Source of the DNA: Flavobacteriales bacterium
GTDB taxonomy: Bacteria; Bacteroidota; Bacteroidia; UBA10329
Direction: 5' to 3'
DNA length: 64,000 nt
NCBI GenBank assembly: GCA_044356305.1
Contig: JBIKWM010000001.1
Location: forward strand, 259,509 to 323,508
A program made the position numbers and the translations under genes. Position 1 is the first letter of the stretch, and the number at the start of each line of letters is the position of its first letter. The notes beneath the pieces are model-generated. The model did not search any database. It worked only from the letters and a program-made list of their open reading frames with translations, and had not been told where the DNA came from. Shown here one piece after another: positions 56,231-64,000 of the stretch.

Positions 56231-58591
56231 TTGACACGCAACCTCTGGCGCAGCATGGGGCACCTGGTGCTCAGGCACCGATGGGCGGTGCTGGGGGTGC
56301 TGCTGGCGCTCACGGCCTTCATGGCCTACCATGCCGTGCAGGTGCGCATCCGCTACGATTTTGCCAGCATGCTGCCCTATGACGACAGCACGCTGGTGCG
56401 CTACCGCGACTTCAAGGCCCGCTTCGGTGAGGACGGCAATGTGCTGGTGATAGGCATGCGGCACGACAGCCTCTACACGCCCCAAATGTATGGCCGCTGG
56501 CACCGGTTGGGCGAGGAGATACGCGCACTGGAGGGTATAGAGGAGGTGGTGAGTGTGGCGCGGTGCGCCACACTGGTGCGCGACACGGTGCAGCGCAGGT
56601 TTGTGCTTACCAAGGTGCCGGGCGATGCCCCGTTGGACCGCCCCACGGTGGACAGCCTGGGCCGGCTGATGGCCGGTCTGCCCTTCTATCAGGGCATACT
56701 GATGAATGAGCAGACCGGGGCCACGCTGATGGCCGTGACCATGAACCGCGATTTCCTTGACAGCCGCAGGCGGGTGGGCCTTACGCAGCAGATCATAGCG
56801 CTGGCCGATGGTTTTGCCCGCGACACAGGCACACCGGTGCACCTGGGCGGCATGCCCTACATACGCAGTGTGCTGGCGGGCATGGTGGCGCAGGAGCTAC
56901 GCATGTTCCTGGCCCTGGCGGGGGTGGTGGCGGCAGTGCTGCTCTATGTGTTCTTCCGCTCGGCCAAGGTGGTGCTGGTGAGCGTGACGGTGGTGGGCGT
57001 GGCGGTGGTGTGGTGCTTCGGGTTCATGCACCTGCTGGGGTACGACATCACCATACTTACGGGCATCATCCCCCCGTTGCTCATCATTATTGGGGTGGCG
57101 AACTGCATCTTCCTGCTCACCAAGTTTCAGCAGGGTGTGCGGGCCCATGGCAACCGGGCGCTGGCCCTGGCCCGTATGGTGGAGCGCATCGGCTTTGCCA
57201 CCATGTTCACCAACCTGACCACGGCCGTGGGGTTTGCCACATTTGCCGTGCTGCGCAGCGAGGTGATGCGCGAGTTCGGCATCGTGGCCTCGCTGAGCAT
57301 AGCGGGGGTCTTCATCATCTCGCTGGTGCTGGTGCCGGTGATGTTCAGCTTCTTCACCCTGCCGCGGCAGCGCCACCTGCGCCATCTGGAGCACGGGCCG
57401 GGCTACCATTTCATAGGCCATGTGGTGGACCTTGTGCTGTCGAACCGATGGGCCACCTACATGGTGTGCGGGGTGCTGACGGTGCTGTCGGTGGCCGGCA
57501 CCCTGCGGCTGCACACCACAGGCAATCTGGTTGACGACCTGCCGGCTGACCACCGCGTGATGGCCGATCTGCGTTTCTTCGAGTCGAACTTCAAGGGCAT
57601 CATGCCCTTTGAGGTGGAGATAGACGCCCTGGGCCCGGGCAAGGCCCTGAGCCCGGCCACCACGGCCCGCATAGAGCGGTTGCAGGAGCTTTTTGGGCAA
57701 TATCCTGAGTTTGCACGGCCCCTGTCGGTGAATGAGGTGCTGAAATTTGCCCGTCAGGCCTACTACAACGGCCTGCCCGACATGTACCGCCTGCCCTCGG
57801 GCAGCGAGCGGGCCTTTATACTGAGCCATTCGGGGGGGATGGAGAAGGGCAACATGCTCCACTCGTTCATCGACAGCACCCGGCAGCGCACCCGTGTAAG
57901 TGTGCAGATGAAGGACGTGGGCACCCTGCAGCTCGACACCTTGATGACCGAACTGGTGCCCCGGATTGATAGCATTTTCAACCCCGAGCAGTACAGAGTG
58001 ACCCTCACTGGCACCTCGGTGGTGTTTCTGCGCGGCACCGAGTACATGGTGCGCAACCTGCTGTCGAGCCTGGCCATGGCCATAGGGCTCATAGCCCTGT
58101 GCATGGTATATCTGTTCCGCTCGTGGCGCATGGTGGCGGTGTCGCTGGTGCCCAACGTGCTGCCGCTCATGGTCACGGCCGGGCTCATGGGCTGGTTGGG
58201 CATCGCCATCAAGCCGAGCACCATCCTGGTGTTCAGCATCGCCTTCGGCATATCGGTCGATGACACCATCCATTACCTCACCAAGTACCGGCAGGAGCTG
58301 GAGCATCAGGGCTGGAACATCAGGCGCAGCGTGATAGCCAGCCTGCGCGAGGCAGGCCTGAGCATGATGTACACCTCGGTGGTGCTGTTCTGCGGTTTCA
58401 GCATCTTCATGGGCAGCGAGTTCGGGGGCACCAAGGCCCTGGGGCTGCTCATATCGGTCACCCTGCTGGTGGCCATGTTCTCTAACCTCATATTGCTGCC
58501 CAGCCTGCTGCTGACATTTGAGCGGTCGCTCACCACCAAAGAGTTCGGTACCGCGGCCGTAGAACTGGAAGACGACCCCGATGGGCACTGA
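56231..58591 (+). CDS. MMPL/RND-superfamily transporter (HpnN-like, 12 TM)
   Basis: 786 aa with two six-TM bundles separated by soluble loops, plus GISVDDTIHY. The start is TTG 56231 or ATG 56255. Confidence 0.8.
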   Translation: MTRNLWRSMGHLVLRHRWAVLGVLLALTAFMAYHAVQVRIRYDFASMLPYDDSTLVRYRDFKARFGEDGNVLVIGMRHDSLYTPQMYGRWHRLGEEIRALEGIEEVVSVARCATLVRDTVQRRFVLTKVPGDAPLDRPTVDSLGRLMAGLPFYQGILMNEQTGATLMAVTMNRDFLDSRRRVGLTQQIIALADGFARDTGTPVHLGGMPYIRSVLAGMVAQELRMFLALAGVVAAVLLYVFFRSAKVVLVSVTVVGVAVVWCFGFMHLLGYDITILTGIIPPLLIIIGVANCIFLLTKFQQGVRAHGNRALALARMVERIGFATMFTNLTTAVGFATFAVLRSEVMREFGIVASLSIAGVFIISLVLVPVMFSFFTLPRQRHLRHLEHGPGYHFIGHVVDLVLSNRWATYMVCGVLTVLSVAGTLRLHTTGNLVDDLPADHRVMADLRFFESNFKGIMPFEVEIDALGPGKALSPATTARIERLQELFGQYPEFARPLSVNEVLKFARQAYYNGLPDMYRLPSGSERAFILSHSGGMEKGNMLHSFIDSTRQRTRVSVQMKDVGTLQLDTLMTELVPRIDSIFNPEQYRVTLTGTSVVFLRGTEYMVRNLLSSLAMAIGLIALCMVYLFRSWRMVAVSLVPNVLPLMVTAGLMGWLGIAIKPSTILVFSIAFGISVDDTIHYLTKYRQELEHQGWNIRRSVIASLREAGLSMMYTSVVLFCGFSIFMGSEFGGTKALGLLISVTLLVAMFSNLILLPSLLLTFERSLTTKEFGTAAVELEDDPDGH

Positions 58592-58627
58592 CCTTCAGCA
58601 ACGACTTTCAATCTTCACCTTTGCGCA

Positions 58628-59494
58628 ATGAAAGGGATCATACTCGCAGGCGGATCAGGCACCAGGCTGCACCCCCTCACCCTGGCGGTGAGCAAACAGC
58701 TGATGCCCATCTATGACAAGCCCATGGTGTATTACCCGCTCAGCATCCTCATGCTGGCGGGCATCAGGGAGATACTGATAATCAGCACCCCGCACGACCT
58801 GCCCAACTTTGAGAAACTGCTGGGCACAGGCGAGGCGCTGGGCTGCAGATTCAGCTACAAGGTGCAGGAGGTGCCCAACGGACTGGCTCAGGCCTTTGTG
58901 CTGGGCGAGGAGTTCATAGGCAACGACAAGGTGGCGCTCATATTGGGCGACAACATCTTTTACGGCCACGGCATGGACCGCCTGCTGAAGGAATGTGCCG
59001 ACCCCGAGGGCGGCATGGTGTTCGCCTACCACGTGAGCGACCCCGAACGGTACGGGGTGGTAGAGTTCGATGAGCAGAAGCGCGCCATCTCCATAGAAGA
59101 GAAGCCCAAGGAGCCGAAATCGAACTATGCGGTGCCGGGCCTTTACTTCTATGACAACAGTGTGGTGCGCATAGCCAAGGAACTGAAGCCGAGTGCCCGT
59201 GGCGAGTACGAGATAACGGATGTGAACAGGCACTACCTCAACGAGGGCAGACTGAAAGTGGGTGTGCTGGGCCGCGGCACGGCCTGGTTGGACACGGGCA
59301 CCTTTGCCTCGCTGATGCAGGCAGGACAGTTTGTGCAGGTGATAGAGGAACGGCAGGGACTGAAGGTGGGCTGCATAGAGGAGGTGGCCTACCGCATGGG
59401 ATTCATTGACGAGGCCCAGCTGAGGGCCGTGGCCGCCCCGCTGGAGAAGAGCGGTTATGGCACATATTTGCTCAACCTGCTCAAGAAACGCTGA
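58628..59494 (+). CDS. rfbA: glucose-1-phosphate thymidylyltransferase
   Basis: [18 protein letters not shown] ... LGDNIFYG ... [12 protein letters not shown]. Confidence 0.9.
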   Translation: MKGIILAGGSGTRLHPLTLAVSKQLMPIYDKPMVYYPLSILMLAGIREILIISTPHDLPNFEKLLGTGEALGCRFSYKVQEVPNGLAQAFVLGEEFIGNDKVALILGDNIFYGHGMDRLLKECADPEGGMVFAYHVSDPERYGVVEFDEQKRAISIEEKPKEPKSNYAVPGLYFYDNSVVRIAKELKPSARGEYEITDVNRHYLNEGRLKVGVLGRGTAWLDTGTFASLMQAGQFVQVIEERQGLKVGCIEEVAYRMGFIDEAQLRAVAAPLEKSGYGTYLLNLLKKR

Positions 59495-59505
59495 CAACAG
59501 GCCGC

Positions 59506-60447
59506 ATGAGAAAGATACTGGTGACCGGAGGGGCCGGATTTGTGGGCAGCGGCATGGCCGAGCGCCTGGCCCGCGACCCTGAGAACTACGTGGTGATAGT
59601 GGACAATTTCCTGACGGGTGAGCCGAGGAAGATTCCTACATCGGTGCACGACAACATCCGCTTCATCAAGTGCGATGTGAACGACTTCCGCGACATATCG
59701 AGCGTGTTCTACGCCTACACCTTCGACTACGTGTTCCATTACGCGGCACTGGTGGGTGTTAAGCGCACGCTGCGCCACCCGGTGATGGTGCTGCGCGACA
59801 TAACGGGCATCGACAACATTCTCAACCTGAGCAAGAACACAGGGGTGCGCAGGGTGTATTACAGCAGCTCGTCAGAGGTGTATGGCGAGCCGGTCGAGTT
59901 CCCTCAGAACGAGCATACCACCCCACTCAACTCGCGCCTGCCCTACGCCATAGTGAAGAACGTGGGCGAGGCCTACCTCCGCTCCTATCACAAGGAATAT
60001 GGATTGGAATTCACCATTTTCCGATTCTTCAATACCTACGGGCCCAAGCAGAGCAAGGACTTTGTGATGTCGCGCTTCATCAACCTGGCATTGACCCACG
60101 AGGACATCACGGTGTATGGCGATGGCAGCCAGACCCGCACCTTCTGCTTCATGGACGACAACGTGGATGCCTGCGCCACCGCATTCTATGAGGATCTTTT
60201 TGTGAATGATGTGGTGAACATAGGTGGCGATAGGGAGGTGAGCATCCTGGAACTGGCACAGACCATCATCCGCGTCACCGGCTCGCGGTCGCGCATCATT
60301 CATACCCCGCCCCTTGAGGAAGGCGACATGACGCGCAGGCTGCCCGATGTGAGCAAGATGCGGTCGTTGCTGCGCAGAGAGCCGCTGAGCCTTGAAGAGG
60401 GCATAAGGCGGGTGGTAGAGAACGGGCAGTTCGTCTCGGTTGGCTGA
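59506..60447 (+). CDS. NAD-dependent epimerase/dehydratase (UDP-sugar decarboxylase/epimerase type)
   Basis: VTGGAGFVGS Rossmann motif, SSSEVYG and YAIVK (YxxxK). Confidence 0.85.
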   Translation: MRKILVTGGAGFVGSGMAERLARDPENYVVIVDNFLTGEPRKIPTSVHDNIRFIKCDVNDFRDISSVFYAYTFDYVFHYAALVGVKRTLRHPVMVLRDITGIDNILNLSKNTGVRRVYYSSSSEVYGEPVEFPQNEHTTPLNSRLPYAIVKNVGEAYLRSYHKEYGLEFTIFRFFNTYGPKQSKDFVMSRFINLALTHEDITVYGDGSQTRTFCFMDDNVDACATAFYEDLFVNDVVNIGGDREVSILELAQTIIRVTGSRSRIIHTPPLEEGDMTRRLPDVSKMRSLLRREPLSLEEGIRRVVENGQFVSVG

Positions 60448-61423
60448 TCTGGAGCTCATACAGCAGCTCATGGCACGGGCCGGCCGTGCCATTGAGTCGT
60501 TCAGCGTGCCTGCCCGCCCGGAGAATCTGTATGCCCCTGTGATCTACGCCCTGGAGGGCGGTGGCAAGCGGATGCGCCCTGCGGCCGTTTTCATGGGCTG
60601 CGCGGTGTATGGCGACAACCTCGATGATGCCATTGCACCGGCTGTGGCCGTGGAGGTGTTCCACAATTTCACCCTGCTGCATGACGATGTGATGGACGAT
60701 GCGCCCCTGCGCAGAGGCCGCCCCACCGTATGGAAGCAATACGGCCTGAACACCGCCATATTGAGCGGTGATGTGATGCTGGTGCGCTGCTATGCCGAAC
60801 TGGCCAAGTGCCACCGCGATGTGCTGCCCGAACTGCTTGAGATATTCAACCGCACGGCCACCGAGGTGTGCGAGGGTCAGCAGTTGGACATGGACTTTGA
60901 GGGCCGTGGCGATGTGACCCTCGAGGCCTATATGCACATGATAACCCTGAAGACGGCCGTGCTGCTGGGCGCCAGCCTGCAGATGGGCGCGCTGGTGGGC
61001 GGTGCCACGCAGGACGAGGCCGCGCACCTGTACCAGTTCGGGAAGTTGTGCGGGGTGGCGTTCCAACTGCAGGACGACATACTGGATGTGTATGGCGACA
61101 GCACCAAAGTGGGCAAACAGGTGGGGGGCGACATCCTATCGAACAAGAAGACCTTCCTGCTGCTGAAGGCCCTTGAAGTGGCCGACCCCGACCGCAGGGC
61201 CGAACTGGGCTACTGGATAGGCCCTGGCCCGCACGACCCCGAGAAGAAAGTGAAGGCTGTGACCCATATCTATGATGAGCTGGGGATACCCACTCTTGCC
61301 CGTGAAATGAAGGAGCGCGTCTATCAGGGGGCGCGAGAGCATCTGGAGCGTGCCGGTGGCCGTGTGCTGACTCGCCAACAGATAGCGGCCTATTTCGACC
61401 GCCTCCTGCACCGTGACCACTGA
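60440..61423 (+). CDS. polyprenyl diphosphate synthase
   Basis: First Asp-rich motif LLHDDVMDD and second Asp-rich motif QLQDDILD. The start is uncertain (TTG 60440 or ATG 60470). Confidence 0.85.
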   Translation: MADLELIQQLMARAGRAIESFSVPARPENLYAPVIYALEGGGKRMRPAAVFMGCAVYGDNLDDAIAPAVAVEVFHNFTLLHDDVMDDAPLRRGRPTVWKQYGLNTAILSGDVMLVRCYAELAKCHRDVLPELLEIFNRTATEVCEGQQLDMDFEGRGDVTLEAYMHMITLKTAVLLGASLQMGALVGGATQDEAAHLYQFGKLCGVAFQLQDDILDVYGDSTKVGKQVGGDILSNKKTFLLLKALEVADPDRRAELGYWIGPGPHDPEKKVKAVTHIYDELGIPTLAREMKERVYQGAREHLERAGGRVLTRQQIAAYFDRLLHRDH

Positions 61424-61763
61424 CCCCGCCCCCGAACTGTGGCCCTCGCTGACACAGGACCCCACCCTGCTGCCCGACACGCTTGCCCAGTTGGCCAAGG
61501 ACATGCGCAGCAACGGCCTCGAACCATCGTGGGGGGCTGACACGTCCATAGAGGCTGTTCTTCCCCGACTTGAAGCTGACATCGTCTCTTTCAGCCAGCG
61601 CGAGTCAGGCCGATTCAGTTCCTTGCTCTACACCGTGGACGTGCCAGAGGGCCGCATACAGGCAGCCTATTCTGCGGCCGAGCCTTACCGCACCATAGCT
61701 GAGTTACTACTCATGCGCTGCCTGCAGAAGGTGGTGCTGAGGCGGAGGTTCTCAGGCCATTGA
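61413..61763 (+). CDS. hypothetical protein
   Basis: 116 aa, overlaps the upstream gene by 11 nt. I recognised no family. Confidence 0.5.
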   Translation: MTTDPAPELWPSLTQDPTLLPDTLAQLAKDMRSNGLEPSWGADTSIEAVLPRLEADIVSFSQRESGRFSSLLYTVDVPEGRIQAAYSAAEPYRTIAELLLMRCLQKVVLRRRFSGH

Positions 61764-61840
61764 CTTTTACAGATTCCACATTGTTGCCGTGCCCACGGTG
61801 GCTCGGGCCGTAGCCAGAAGAATCCTCCGGGCCGGAAATG

Positions 61841-61866
61841 AGAAAGGGCCCCGGAAGGCCCTTTCT
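61841..61866. terminator. bidirectional hairpin between convergent genes
   Basis: AGAAAGGGCC-ccggaa-GGCCCTTTCT forms a perfect 10-bp stem. Confidence 0.6.
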
Positions 61867-61887
61867 AATGAGACGATACTACCCAGA

Positions 61888-62748
61888 TCAGCGCACCACG
61901 CTCAACTTGCGGGTGGCGAGCAGTTGGCCGTTCTCATCAGCAAGGCGGTACACGTAGGTGCCGGCCACCAGGCTGCTCACATCTGCCTTTGGATAGTGCC
62001 CTGCAAGGCCTGTGCGCATCACGCGGGCACCCAACATGTCGAACACCTCCAAAGTGGCTTTTTCGCGCTTGCCGAGGTTGAATACCACTTCGGTGGTTGC
62101 AGGGTTCGGGAAATGGCTGTTCAGCTCCACTAGGCTCATGTCCTCAATGCCCACAGCGGTGCCATCAACCACCACCACGGCATATTGATCAAAAACAATA
62201 GGCCCCCCGCCCAGGTTAGCCGGGACAGCACTGAGCCATGAACCATTGGCGATGATGAAGCTGATATCGGGGTTAGAGGAAGAGATCTGTGCATCGACCA
62301 GAATGGTCAGAGGATATATTCCGTCCGAATTAGGTCCGCCTCCAAGAGCCGATATCCATGTGGCCTCAGTTCCGCTCACATATACGCATCCATTAGCTGG
62401 GGTAAGGTTGGGCGCAGTGCCACCATTGTTCCATTGGCCCATGCCATTGGGCCCGGCACCCAGATCGGTGCCGTATGTGGTGCCAGCTGGGTTGCCCTCC
62501 ACCGAGAGCACTTTCATGGCATTGAAGTACAGTGTGGTGGTTATAGGACCTGCAGCCACCAAAGTGTCTGTGACCGTTACGATGCTCACCGACCGCGTTG
62601 CATCGCCACAGCCCGTGCAGGCCTGTACGGGGGCAAGAGTTCCATAGATTCCCGCGCCATTGCCCGCATACTGGCTATCGAAAGTGCATTGGGCCAGCAC
62701 GGGGGCGGCCATCATCAGAGCTAATGCAGGGAGTACAAGTTTCTTCAT
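61888..62748 (-). CDS. secreted protein with T9SS C-terminal sorting domain
   Basis: The signal peptide MKKLVLPALALMMAAPVLAQ starts at the internal ATG 62748. The CTD is FPNPATTEVVF...GTYVYRLADENG. Confidence 0.8.
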   Translation of the reverse strand: MKKLVLPALALMMAAPVLAQCTFDSQYAGNGAGIYGTLAPVQACTGCGDATRSVSIVTVTDTLVAAGPITTTLYFNAMKVLSVEGNPAGTTYGTDLGAGPNGMGQWNNGGTAPNLTPANGCVYVSGTEATWISALGGGPNSDGIYPLTILVDAQISSSNPDISFIIANGSWLSAVPANLGGGPIVFDQYAVVVVDGTAVGIEDMSLVELNSHFPNPATTEVVFNLGKREKATLEVFDMLGARVMRTGLAGHYPKADVSSLVAGTYVYRLADENGQLLATRKLSVVR

Positions 62749-62782
62749 CGGGTTGATTATTAGGTTGATGGCAAATGTACGG

Positions 62783-63460
62783 TCAATTGGGGGCCCCCTC
62801 GACCACCACAACGAACTCCCCTCGGGGCTCGTTGGCTGTGAAATGTGCCACCAGTTGGCTCAGGGGCCCACGCACGGTCTCTTCGTGGAGTTTGGATATC
62901 TCGCGCACCACAGCGGCCCTGCGGTCATGGCCACAGGCCTCGGCCAGCTCAGCAAGGCAGCGCACCATGCGGTGGGGCGACTCGTACAGCACAAACGTCA
63001 CCTCTAACGCAGCCAGATAGTGCAGGCGTGTCTGTCGCCCCTTTTTCTGCGGCAGAAAACCCTCGTAATGGAACTTGTCGCACGGCAGGCCGCTGTTGAC
63101 CAGCGCGGGCACAAAGGCCGTGGGCCCGGGCAATGTCTCGACTGCCACGCCTGCCTCGGCACAGGCCCGCACCAGCAGGAACCCGGGGTCTGAGATGCCC
63201 GGTGTGCCCGCATCGGTGACCATTGCTATGCGCCTGCCGCCCTGCAGGTCAGCCACTATGCGGGCCACGGCCCGGTGCTCGTTGTGCATGTGGAATGCCT
63301 GCATGGGCACAGCCACCTCGTAGTGCCGCAGCAGCTTGGAGGTCTGGCGGGTGTCCTCGGCCAGTATCACATCGGCCTCGCGCAGCACACGCAGCGCCCG
63401 CAGGGTGATATCCTCTAGGTTGCCGATGGGCGTTGGCACCAGTGTGAGCCGGCCGCTCAT
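62783..63460 (-). CDS. rsmI: 16S rRNA (cytidine1402-2'-O)-methyltransferase
   Basis: LTLVPTPIGNLEDITLRALRVLREADVILAEDTR at the N-terminus. Confidence 0.9.
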   Translation of the reverse strand: MSGRLTLVPTPIGNLEDITLRALRVLREADVILAEDTRQTSKLLRHYEVAVPMQAFHMHNEHRAVARIVADLQGGRRIAMVTDAGTPGISDPGFLLVRACAEAGVAVETLPGPTAFVPALVNSGLPCDKFHYEGFLPQKKGRQTRLHYLAALEVTFVLYESPHRMVRCLAELAEACGHDRRAAVVREISKLHEETVRGPLSQLVAHFTANEPRGEFVVVVEGAPN

Positions 63461-64000
63461 GGCAGTTGGGTCATGAAGCGTGAAATCAACCTGTAAATGC
63501 CCTCATACCCTGCAAAGGTGAGTGTGCCGGGCACATCGTCCACATCGTGGTATGCCTTGCGGGGCCCCATGGCGTAAATGAAGAATGCGGGCACTCCCAT
63601 CTCTGAGAAAGGGTAATGGTCAGAGTTGGCCGCCTTGCCACGCGCCTTTACCTGCGGCACCAGGCCGTACTCAGCGTTGATCTCTTTGAGCAGGTCAAAC
63701 TCGCGCGCATGCACCGAACCGTTCACCACTGTTATGCCCTCCTCGCCCGTGCCCAGCAGGTCAAGATTTACAAGGAAGCGGATGTCGCTGAGCGGGAACA
63801 AAGGACTCTGAACATAGAATGATGATCCCAGCAGGCCCGCCTCCTCGCCCGCAAAGGCCATGAACACCATGGAGCGGTCGGGCCGGTTCTCGTCCTTTGC
63901 ATAATGGCGGGCCATATCGAGCAGCATGGCCGTGCCGCTCGCGTTGTCATTGGCCCCGGGGAATATGGTCTCCTTGCCCATGCGCCCAAGGTGGTCGTAA
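63457..64000 (-). CDS. M28-family metallopeptidase (partial, continues past the right edge)
   Basis: YDHLG...FPGANDNASGTAMLLDMAR and FMAFAGEEAGLLGS. The frame is open to the window end. Confidence 0.8.
   Translation of the reverse strand, partial: YDHLGRMGKETIFPGANDNASGTAMLLDMARHYAKDENRPDRSMVFMAFAGEEAGLLGSSFYVQSPLFPLSDIRFLVNLDLLGTGEEGITVVNGSVHAREFDLLKEINAEYGLVPQVKARGKAANSDHYPFSEMGVPAFFIYAMGPRKAYHDVDDVPGTLTFAGYEGIYRLISRFMTQLP

Overview
High-GC Bacteroidota-type chromosome segment, inferred from several type IX secretion (T9SS) C-terminal sorting domains, TAnnTTTG-like promoter boxes and the gene content. I saw no rRNA, tRNA, integrase or transposase. About 47 kb is ordinary core genome. It holds outer-membrane, periplasmic chaperone and PPIase genes, glycosyltransferases, an amidohydrolase pair, mqnA, a UbiA prenyltransferase, maf, queG, rfbA, a polyprenyl synthase and rsmI. 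It also holds secreted CotH and GH9 proteins, plus a tandem family of TPR-transmembrane sensors (one class III cyclase and three PP2C/SpoIIE phosphatases). The most interesting part is a ~9 kb accessory island (about 47.2-56.2 kb) between a GT2 gene and an MMPL transporter. Except for its first gene, which is on the minus strand, its genes all lie on the plus strand. Most are hypothetical and several are visibly AT-richer than the surroundings, and the island is packed with unusual repeats. Its core is a gasdermin-like gene interrupted by an in-frame TAG, followed 15 nt later by a patatin-like phospholipase, with no protease gene nearby. This pair is flanked by heptanucleotide arrays and preceded by a solitary type I-E-like CRISPR repeat. 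Further along the island are 60-nt direct repeats bracketing a lipoprotein cassette, a region dense in TTCGG/CCGAA palindromes, an AT-rich gene with a nuclease-like C-terminus, and an 80-nt tandem repeat. Separately, none of the ~58 confident CDS ends in TAG, while two genes carry an in-frame TAG that joins clearly homologous halves. All functional calls rest on motif recognition by eye; no database search was run.
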